A DNA stretch of 64,000 nucleotides, taken from NCBI GenBank assembly GCA_019651595.1, contig BOYQ01000002.1:181912-245911 (forward strand), given 5' to 3'. Below the pieces are notes generated by a model. It searched no databases. It saw nothing but the letters and a program-made list of their open reading frames with translations, and was not told the origin of the DNA. Made by a program: the position numbers and the translations under genes. The DNA is from Candidatus Poseidoniales archaeon (GTDB lineage Archaea > Thermoplasmatota > Poseidoniia > Poseidoniales > Poseidoniaceae). Shown here piece after piece: positions 47,582-55,442 of this stretch (its first letter is position 1; each line of letters begins with the position of its first letter).

Positions 47582-48002
47582 CTCCGCGCTTGGGTTCGCT
47601 GAAGCGATCGATGGTGACGGATTTACCCTGTCGCTTCCACTGGGCGAGCAGTTGCTGAAGCAGAGCGTCGTGTTCGTTATCGGAGATACCGAGGCGGCGA
47701 CGTTCTTCCCAGAGAAGAAGCTGTTCGGTTCGGGTGAGGAGGGCGTCTCGGAGGTAGAGTTCCAAGGTTCGTCGGTAAGCGTCACGGTCGGAAATGGCGT
47801 AAACGATAGCGTCCCCGGGCACCTGATCGGCCCGGTTTTGAATCATGTTGCCGAGCATCAGGGCTTCATCGTAGCTCAACAGTCGCTTGTCGAGGTCGGT
47901 TTGAATGCTGCTGGCGATTTCCTGGAGCGTGTATTTGGTGTCAGCACGCTGGATTTTCTTGAAGTGTCGACGCGCACGTCTTGACATACGTCCGCCGACC
48001 AT
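47565..48002 (-). CDS. Hypothetical basic/helical protein with TerB-like D-x2-LT-x2-E..LGIS motif
   Basis: 145 aa: MVGGRMSRRARRHFKKIQRADTKYTLQEIASSIQ..RDALLTRTEQLLLWEERRRLGISDNEHDALLQQLLAQWKRQGKS... No TM helix. It is the first gene of the co-directional 48.0-33.8 kb block. Confidence 0.5.
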   Translation of the reverse strand: MVGGRMSRRARRHFKKIQRADTKYTLQEIASSIQTDLDKRLLSYDEALMLGNMIQNRADQVPGDAIVYAISDRDAYRRTLELYLRDALLTRTEQLLLWEERRRLGISDNEHDALLQQLLAQWKRQGKSVTIDRFSEPKRGGADPV

Positions 48003-48189
48003 AAGTTCCTACTGGTACTGGCAGTTATTCAAAGAATCGGTTCCATACCCATGAATCACCCGGAATGACTGACTTTTTACCCATCTCGCATATTCGGGCC
48101 ACAGCACCCCTCTTCTGTCGAAATATGAATGGTTTTTGTATCAAAAATCAAAGCAACTGCTAAAGTGGCCGTCCACGGGGTTGTGTACC

Positions 48190-48675
48190 ATGACCGAAAC
48201 GGTTGAACTCAGCGCTGGCGACGTCGCCCCCGGCTTTTCCGCCGTGGACGAACACGGAAAAGAACACACCCTCCAGACCTACCTCGATGACGGAAAGACG
48301 GTGATCCTCTACTTCTACCCCAAGGACTCCACCCCTGGATGCACGACGCAAGCCTGTGATTTTCGAGACAACATGGGGCGCCTGAACGGCGAAGATTACG
48401 TGGTCCTCGGTGTTTCGAAGGACTCCGCCAAGTCCCACCAGCGCTTCGTTGAAAAGCAGGAATTGAATTTCCCGCTGCTGGTGGACGAAGACCTCGCCCT
48501 TCACCACGCCTTTGGGACGTGGCGCCTGAAGATGAACTACGGTCGAGAGTACATGGGGAGCGCCCGCTCAACCTTTGTGATTCAACCGGACGGAACGCTG
48601 GCATGGTGCCGCTACAACGTCAAGGCCAAGGGCCATGTCAGCATGCTGATGCGCGAACTCGGTCTTGGCGAGTGA
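48190..48675 (+). CDS. bcp: Thiol peroxidase Bcp (peroxiredoxin Q type)
   Basis: ..VILYFYPKDSTPGCTTQACDFRD.. and ..LGVSKDSAKSHQRFVEKQELNFPLLVDED..STFVIQPDG... The start was taken at ATG 48190 (MTETVEL..). Confidence 0.9.
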   Translation: MTETVELSAGDVAPGFSAVDEHGKEHTLQTYLDDGKTVILYFYPKDSTPGCTTQACDFRDNMGRLNGEDYVVLGVSKDSAKSHQRFVEKQELNFPLLVDEDLALHHAFGTWRLKMNYGREYMGSARSTFVIQPDGTLAWCRYNVKAKGHVSMLMRELGLGE

Positions 48676-48684
48676 GGTTGTCCC

Positions 48685-49170
48685 ATGACGGATCTCCCCC
48701 TTTCGGGCCAGCGCGTTGAGCTGGACGACGCCGTCGCATGGTGGCCCTGCCACATCGGACGCGACGCAGTCATCGGGAAGGGGAGTTCCATCGGTGCACT
48801 CGCTCATGTCGGCCAGCGGGTGGTGTTGGGAGAAGGCTGTAAAATCCAAGGCAGCGCCTACATCGCCGACGATTGCCGACTGGGCGATCGCGTGTTCATC
48901 GGACCCGCAGCGGTCATTCTCAACGACAAGTTTCCACCCTCCAACGACCGTGGAAAATGGCAACCGGTCCACGTTGGAGACGAAGCGGTCATCGGCGGGA
49001 ACGCCACGGTCGTGCCGGGAAACAACATCGGTGCACGAGCGGTCCTCGCCGCCGGTGCGGTCCTCACCCGTCCGCTTCCAGCGGGTGAAGTTTGGGGGGG
49101 CAACCCAGCAACCTTCATGATGATGCGAGATGAATATGAAGCACGGAGAGGGGTTGTCCATGACCGATGA
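48685..49170 (+). CDS. Left-handed beta-helix (hexapeptide-repeat) acyl/acetyltransferase
   Basis: Imperfect hexapeptide repeats are present (..IGRDAVIGKGSSIGALAHVGQRVVLGEGCKIQGSAYIADDCRLGDRVFIGPAAVI.. and ..VGDEAVIGGNATVVPGNNIGARAVLAAGAVL..). The C-terminus is ..VWGGNPA.., typical of sugar N-acetyltransferases. Confidence 0.8.
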   Translation: MTDLPLSGQRVELDDAVAWWPCHIGRDAVIGKGSSIGALAHVGQRVVLGEGCKIQGSAYIADDCRLGDRVFIGPAAVILNDKFPPSNDRGKWQPVHVGDEAVIGGNATVVPGNNIGARAVLAAGAVLTRPLPAGEVWGGNPATFMMMRDEYEARRGVVHDR

Positions 49171-49969
49171 GCGAACCGCCGTGGCTGCGTTTCTGAAGAA
49201 ATGCAACGTCTACGCCGAGGCCTCCATCGCCCGGAAAAGGGAGCGTGGCGAACTGGACGACATCGCCTCGTGGGAGTCGTACATCGAATTCAACAACCAC
49301 GCACTCGAAGAGATCGCCAACGGCACCCTCGACAAATGGTTCACGCCCACCGAACCCACCGAGCCACCTCTTCTGCGACTCGACGTTGATGCCATGGAGC
49401 ACGTCGAACGAAGCACGTGGCTGAACAGCGTGCTCTCGCCCCGACCCGTGGTGGTCGCCGGGACGGTCGATGAGGACGGTCGCCGAAATTTTGCACCGCT
49501 TTCGTCCGTGATGCAGGTCTCAACCGCCCCGCCCTACCTCACGGCTTCGCTTTCCATCCACAGGGACAAGCGCCCGCGCGACACCCTGCAGAACCTCCGA
49601 GCCACCGGCAAAGTTGTCCTCAACGTGATGCCCCCCACGGCACGAGGCGCCACCATCGTGGACGAAACCGCCACCCCGCTTCCCCTCGGCGAGGACGAAA
49701 GCGGTTTGTTGGACCTCGAAACCCTCAACGAGCAACCCCTGCTGATTCATGAATCGGTGGCTGCCATCGAAGCGACCTTCGTGGAAGAGCATCCGCTTCC
49801 CGAGGCCGTGGCGACGCTGGTGGTGTTGCGGGTCAATGCGGTGTGGTTCTCGTCCTCAACCCTGCCAAGCGGCGGCCTCGACGTGCTGTGTCAGCACGGA
49901 CGGGACGACATGACCCCCTCGCCCCAGGGGTGGACGCAGCGGGTGTTGAAGCACTACGGCCCAGTTTGA
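49160..49969 (+). CDS. Flavin reductase-like (FMN-binding split-barrel) domain protein with N-terminal extension
   Basis: ..LSPRPVVVAGTVDEDGRRNFAPLSSVMQVSTAPPYLTASL..TLQNLRATGKVVLNV.. resembles the flavin-reductase-like domain. The first ~90 aa are unassigned. The start ATG at 49160 overlaps the preceding gene by 11 nt. Confidence 0.5.
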   Translation: MTDERTAVAAFLKKCNVYAEASIARKRERGELDDIASWESYIEFNNHALEEIANGTLDKWFTPTEPTEPPLLRLDVDAMEHVERSTWLNSVLSPRPVVVAGTVDEDGRRNFAPLSSVMQVSTAPPYLTASLSIHRDKRPRDTLQNLRATGKVVLNVMPPTARGATIVDETATPLPLGEDESGLLDLETLNEQPLLIHESVAAIEATFVEEHPLPEAVATLVVLRVNAVWFSSSTLPSGGLDVLCQHGRDDMTPSPQGWTQRVLKHYGPV

Positions 49970-50934
49970 AGTTCGGCCCACACCTGGCCGAGTCCGGCCT
50001 CCAATCCCACGGTGCACGACCAGCCCAACAGGGACTCAGCGGCGGAGGTGTCGGGCAAACGACGCTGCGAATCGCCGTGGTAGCCACCGCCAAGCACGCA
50101 ATCGACGGCCATCGAACCCACCGTTCGGTTCACGGCCTCGGCCAGCGAACGCATGCTGACCTCCTCCGTTGAGCCCAAGTTGAAGCTCCGTCCCGACAGC
50201 GAGGAACCGTCCAATCCAACGTCCAGTGAGCCCGCTCGGTAAAACCCGTCAACGATGTCATCGATGTGCGTCATGCTCCGGGTCTGCTCCCCGTCCCCGT
50301 GAATCACCATCGGTCGTTGCTCCAGCACGGCACGAAAGAACATCCCCACGACCTGGCCGTAGGCGTCTCCCACCATGTTCGCACCGTAGGCGTTGAACGG
50401 ACGAACGATGCGCCCGTCCAACCCCTTGGCCGTTGCGTGTTGAACCACGATCTCGTCGAGGTACTTGCTTGCACCGTAGGAGAAGCGCTGGTGAGAGGCG
50501 GCGGACGGAAAGCGACTGTCGTCCTCGTCCAGAAGGGGCATCCGTTCGTTCTCGCCGTAGGCTTCCGGGGACGAAGCCAGAACGAAACGGGCGCCCCATG
50601 CCGTTGCCTTCCGCACCGCACAAAGCGTACCGTTGACGTTGACATCGATGACCTCCATGGCGGCTTCATGGAACCATTTGGTCCCGTTGATGGCCGCCAA
50701 ATGATGCACCAGATCAACCCGACCGAGGGCATCATGACAGCGCTGCAAATCCGAAGGTTTGACCACGTCGCCTTCGATCACGGTCAAGCAAGGGTGGTCC
50801 TTCACCGATTCAAGGTTGGACGGCGAACCGCGCCAAAAGTTGTCCAAAACAGCCACGTGGTGCCCCTCCGAGAGCAAGCGTTCCACCAGGGCGGCACCAA
50901 TGAAGCCGGCACCGCCGGTGACGACCACGCGCAT
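49954..50934 (-). CDS. NAD-dependent sugar-nucleotide epimerase/dehydratase (extended SDR)
   Basis: MRVVVTGGAGFIGAALVERLL.. is the Rossmann GxxGxxG motif and ..YGASKYLDE.. is the YxxxK motif. The ATG at 50934 lies directly after the stop of the upstream acnX gene. The first 31 codons of the track ORF overlap that gene. Confidence 0.85.
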   Translation of the reverse strand: MRVVVTGGAGFIGAALVERLLSEGHHVAVLDNFWRGSPSNLESVKDHPCLTVIEGDVVKPSDLQRCHDALGRVDLVHHLAAINGTKWFHEAAMEVIDVNVNGTLCAVRKATAWGARFVLASSPEAYGENERMPLLDEDDSRFPSAASHQRFSYGASKYLDEIVVQHATAKGLDGRIVRPFNAYGANMVGDAYGQVVGMFFRAVLEQRPMVIHGDGEQTRSMTHIDDIVDGFYRAGSLDVGLDGSSLSGRSFNLGSTEEVSMRSLAEAVNRTVGSMAVDCVLGGGYHGDSQRRLPDTSAAESLLGWSCTVGLEAGLGQVWAELQTGP

Positions 50935-50936
50935 GC

Positions 50937-52728
50937 TCACGGCTGGACACGCTCCACAACCTCGAGGACGACACCATCTGGCGTACGGCGGAACTCCACG
51001 GTGTCGCCGGTGTTGACCGCAAGGCACGGGTCGCTGTCAAAGCCGTGCCCGTAGGGCACACCAAGCAGGGAGCACGCAGGGAGCGTCAACGGGCAGATGT
51101 CCCGATTGACCACGGCTTTTGGCCCTTTGCCGGTGTAGATGAGCCCCATCAGCACGTAGGGCGCCACCGTTGAACCCGAGCCTTTGGGGTAGACGAGCAC
51201 GGTGTCCTCAATGGCGACGCCGTCGAGCGGGTGCCCCGGCTCCTCAATGACGCCGCTGTCCCGGTTCACGTAGCCGAGATAGGTGATGGGAACGTCGGTC
51301 ACCAGCGCCCGGCCACGAACCGTAAAGTCGGCTTGGGAGCGCAAGCCCGAGCCGGTGAGCGAAGCCTCGCCGGTTTGGTGTTGTTTGGCCGAGGCGTGTT
51401 GCGGTTGGGCCTTGGGCGTGAGCACGGGAACGGGCCCGGTGGAGAGGCTGGGGTCAATGGCGTGAGCCACGCAGTCCTGAATCGGCATCACCGAGGTCGG
51501 CAGACGATTCAACCCACTCGTGAGGTAGTGTTCCGCCTTGAGGGAGTTCGTGAGCAGATGGTTGTACTTTGAGCGGTTGTAGGGCGTGACTTCGGGGCAG
51601 GTGTCCTTGAGCAACAACGCACCGCCCTCCTCGAGCAGTTCAATGGTTCCGTCGGCTTCAGCCAGGGCGTAATTCTCACCGCTCGTGAAGACCCAGAGGC
51701 GATGGTCGGGCACCCGGCGACCCATTTCCATGTGCGATCGCAAGGCGGAAGCGGTGATTCGAAGTTCCTCCAAACTGGCCTGAGGGCAACCGATGACCAC
51801 GAGGTCAACCTGACCTTGGGAGCGAGGTCGGCGTAGCGCTGGTCCAAATCCTCTTCGTGAAGGTCAGTGAACCCTGCCAGCCGTCCTCGGGCGGCAGGAA
51901 CGTCACCTTGCTCGTTGCGGCCGAGGGGCGGCGACGCCGTGTGGCCCTCAGCCCAAAGCATGGCGCAGCCGTAGTTGGCGGCAGCGGCCGTCAGGGCTTT
52001 TTTCGAGGCGAAGGACAAGTGGTCGGGCAGCCCCGTGATGTAAGGCATGGGGCCGTAGGGCATGGCCCAGTCGGGGCGCACTTGCTTCCCCATCCAGTCG
52101 CCGAGCACCGACCAGTCGGCGAGGTGGTTCATCTCGCAGTCGACGTGAACGTGCATGTTTGGAACGCGATGTTCGGAGAGGTGGAGCCCCCAGCGCGGTG
52201 CGAAACCTGTCAGAGCCGTGGCCAACGCCGACAAACCGGATTCACGGTTGGTGATGAGGGACGTCCACGTGTTGGAGAAGCACACGGCGTTGGACTCCGC
52301 CCACGTCGCAATGCCCTCTTCGGTTTCGATGCCTCGGTCGTAAGGCGTGCACGACAGCGTGGCATCAATGCCGAGCTGTTCGTAGGCTTGGACGATCTCA
52401 AATTGTTGTTCGAGGAAATCAGGCCATTGAATATCCATTTCCTCCATCTTTTCCCGGTCGCACCCTGCGGAATTCAGCGTCGTGGGAATGGCGACCTGCC
52501 CGTCACCGTCAGCGGACAGATCTGCGAGGAACCGGCGAAGACCGTGCCCCCCGTGATGACCGAGACTCCGGAGAACGTGGGCGTGGACGGCCCGAGGTAG
52601 CCGTCGGCGTTGGCCGTGTCTGCCAGGTCAATGACCAAGCGGCCGCCTTCTGTCGCGTGTTGCCCTCTCGACCCGCCAGTTGGTCGAGCAAACCCCGGGG
52701 CGGCTCCGCTTCCCGGTTGATGCCTCAT
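50937..52728 (-). CDS. acnX: Aconitase X family protein, catalytic (DUF521) and swivel (DUF126) domains fused; at least 4 frameshifts
   Basis: The pieces read MRH / INREAEPPRGLLDQLAGREGNTRQKAAAW / LVIDLADTANADGYLGP / VHAHVLRSLGHHGGHGLRRFLADLSADGDGQVAIPTTLNSAGCDREKMEEMDIQWPDFLEQQFEIVQAYEQLGIDATLSCTPY..ATWAESNAVCFSNTWTSLITNRESGLSALATALTGFAPRWGLHLSEHR..DLAPK / VDLVVIGCPQASLEEL..TCPEV... Then comes the swivel domain ..RGRALVTDVPITYLGYVNRDSGVIEEPGHPLDGVAIEDTVLVYPKGSGSTVAPYVLMGLIYTGKGPKAVVN... Frame changes lie near 52718, 52640, 52585 and 51812-51818. Confidence 0.75.
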
Positions 52729-52794
52729 GAACTCCCCCCTTCCCTTCCCCGACCACCGATGACTGGATCATCCTTCATGGGTGATGGGGTCGGT

Positions 52795-53690
52795 TTAAAC
52801 CCGGTCGATGCAGTAGGGACAAGAACGACCCACCGCATAATGGGGCGAGGATTCCCTTGGGCCACTAAAAGGGGGGTTCTCGGCAGGCGAAACAGACGAC
52901 GACCTGGGTTTCCCTTTCGAGCGGGGGTTGACCGCCACCCGCTGGTCGAACACGAAGTCGCCGTCCCAGTGGTCCCCCCCAAACCTCCTCAAAATAACCC
53001 AAGACGCCACCCTTCAGTTGCACCCGTTGGTGAACCCCGCCTCCATCATGATGGCGCTGGTTTTTTCGCAGCGAATCCCCCCCGTAAAACATCACCACGG
53101 GTTCGTCCTTCATGGTCGCCGGAAGACGTTGGATGGCCTTTGGAAAACCCCGAAACGTCCGGATGTCAAGGTCAATGGCTTTTGGGGTGCCCCAACCAAT
53201 CGTTCCTCGTTTTCGACCCGTGGAGGGCCCCCTCCCCCCGGTCAAGCGGGAACCCCCGGGGGTTTCAATCTCAGGTCCGGTCAAGATGGCGGGGTTGATG
53301 TGATCCAATCCCACGGAGATGATTTCGCTCTTCTTGCGCACGTTCAGCCGGTTGAACGGCGGATAATCGGTGAAGGACGTTTTGACCGGGATGCCGTGAA
53401 ACCGTTCGTCCCCGTCGAGGAAGGCCGTGAAACCCTCCACCGCCGTGGCCGTGCCAGCAAGGAAGAAATTGATGCCCTCGGTAGCCAGCAAAGGGCGGGG
53501 CCTTTGAGCCCCCAAGGGCGGTGCAGAGGCTGCGCATCACCGACTGCAAACGGTCCAGATCATCGGGGCGCAATGAACCGATAACCGGGGGATGTTTGTG
53601 ATGTGACCGGGCCCCGCATCGGCCGGGAGAGTTGGGGGGCCCCGGGGTCCACCGTCGACGACCTCAACGGCGCCAGTCATGGTTGGAGGC
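52795..53690 (-). pseudogene. trhO: TrhO/YceA-like rhodanese-domain protein (tRNA U34 hydroxylase family), many frame disruptions
   Basis: The gene is readable only by hopping frames. The pieces are ..NIPGYRFIA..DDLDRLQSVMRSLCTAL..LLATEGINFFLAGTATAVEGFTAFLDGDERFHGIPVKTSFTDYPPFNRLNVRKKSEIISVGLD..GTPKAIDLDIRTFRGFPKAIQRLPATMKDEPVVMFY.GG(IRCEK).., then ..LKGGVLGYFEEV.GGDHWDGDFVFDQRVAVNP.. and ..CPYCIDRV*. There are at least 6 indels, all next to G/C homopolymer runs of 5-8 nt. I cannot tell a pseudogene from low-quality sequence. Confidence 0.6.
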
Positions 53691-55423
53691 CAATGGGCGA
53701 CGCCAACCCTGTCCGAAGGCACGCGGCGACACACGGGGTGCCGGAGGCATTTGCCAGCGCTTGTGCTCGTTTCGCTCGAGGCGCCGCAACACGTCCACCA
53801 CCGTTGTTGCGTCAAAACCCTGCTGAACGAGGTCGTCGGTGTTCAGCCCCTCTTCGATGTGACCCCGCAGGATGGCGTCAAGCAGGGCGTAGGGTGGAAG
53901 GGAGTCCTGGTCGGTCTGGTCTGGAGCCAACTCTGCAGAAGGCGGCTTGGTCATCGTCGAAGCCGAGACCGGCGGCGACATGCCGGCCGCCTCCGCTCGC
54001 TGATTGAAGCGCTCAGCCATGGCGTAAACCTCCATCTTGTACACGTCCCCCAACGGTGCATACCCACCTGCCATGTCGCCGTAAAGGGTGCAGTAGCCCT
54101 GAGCGATTTCGGATTTGTTGCCGGTCGTGACGGCCATGCTGGCGTTTGCATTGGCGTAACCCATCACGATGAGGGCGCGAAGACGAGCCTGCAGGTTTTC
54201 GCCCGCCACCGGATGCCCGTTGGTCAACACCTCACCGAGCACCGTCCAACGCTGACGTGCATGTCGTCAATTTCGTGAAGGTGGTGGGTGATGCCGAGGG
54301 CTTGCGCAGTGTGCAGGGCATCGTCAATGGAGTGCTGGGAAGAATGGCGACTCGGCATCGCCAGCCCCGTGACGTTTTCAGGACCCAACGCTGCTGCGGC
54401 AACGCAGGCGGCCACGGCCGAATCAATGCCACCTGACAGACCAAGCACGATCGAGGAGATGGAGGATTTGCGGCAGTAATCTGCGAGCCCTGCCACCACG
54501 GCGTTGGTCAATTCCTCTACGGTTTCCATCAGGTTGGACCCGTCATCCCCCGCCTCGAGCACCATCGTTTTGGCTTCACCGATGCACAAGGCATCGTCGG
54601 CCTCGCTCGGCAGCCATTCACACGCCTCCGGCGAGGCGATGTCAACCAGAAGAACACCCTCTTGCCATGAAGGCGCCACAACGGCACGCCCGTCCGGCCA
54701 TGCCACGAGGCTTCGGCCGTCAAACAGCAAGTCGTCGTTTCCACCGACTTGGTTGGCGAGCAGGAACGGGTGCCCGAGCACCGATGAGGCGTGGCGGGCG
54801 ACCGCCAGTCGCGTGGTGAATTTCTCGGAATGAAACGGTGAGGCCGAGAGGTTGACCGTCGCATCGATGTCAACGCCCTGGCGACACCATTCAGCGATGT
54901 GTTCGATCGGGTCTTGCGTGTAGGCGGATGGGGTCATGCCGGCGGACTGCCAGGCGTCTTCACAGACGGTGACGCCCAAGGTGAATCCACCAAAGGAACG
55001 CGCCAAGCCCGACCGGTTTTTGGGAGTGAAATACCGAGCCTCGTCAAAGACGTCGTAGGTTGGCAGGAGTTGTTTTTCTGCCACGATTCGCCCGTGGTCG
55101 TCCCCCGTGATGCTCGCAAAGGCCGGGCCGGAGCGAACGACCCCGTTGGTGGGAAGCGTCCGGTCGTCCTCTGCGGGAATCGGGGTTCCAACCAACACGG
55201 GAAGCGGGGCTTCGAGGTTCAGGGCTGCCGCCATGGAACGCTCAACGAAGTCCCGTTCCATCAGCAGGTCGCGCGGTGGATAGCCGCAGACGGCCAGTTC
55301 GGTCGAGATGGCCACCAAGGCCTCGGCCGATGCGGCTTGCGCCGCCAGCGCCCCAAGTCGGCGACAATTCTGGTCCAAATCGCCCACCGTGGGGTCGAAC
55401 TGAAGCAGCGCCATTTTGGTCAT
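53664..55423 (-). CDS. nadE: Glutamine-dependent NAD+ synthetase (CN-hydrolase plus PP-loop synthetase domains), one frameshift
   Basis: The ATG at 55423 has GAGGGGAG upstream: MTKMALLQFDPTVGDLDQN..ELAVCGYPPRDL..VTVCEDAW.. (nitrilase-type domain). The PP-loop ..IVLGLSGGIDSAVAA.. follows. The frame changes at ~54240-54250 (..HEIDDMHV / LGEVLTNGHPVAGENLQARLRALIVMGYANANASMAVTTGNKSEIAQGYCTLYGDMAGGYAPLGDVYK..). The N-terminal 85 codons of track ORF 54224..55678 overlap the upstream gene out of frame. Confidence 0.9.
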
Positions 55424-55442
55424 GATCTCCCCTCGCAACCGG

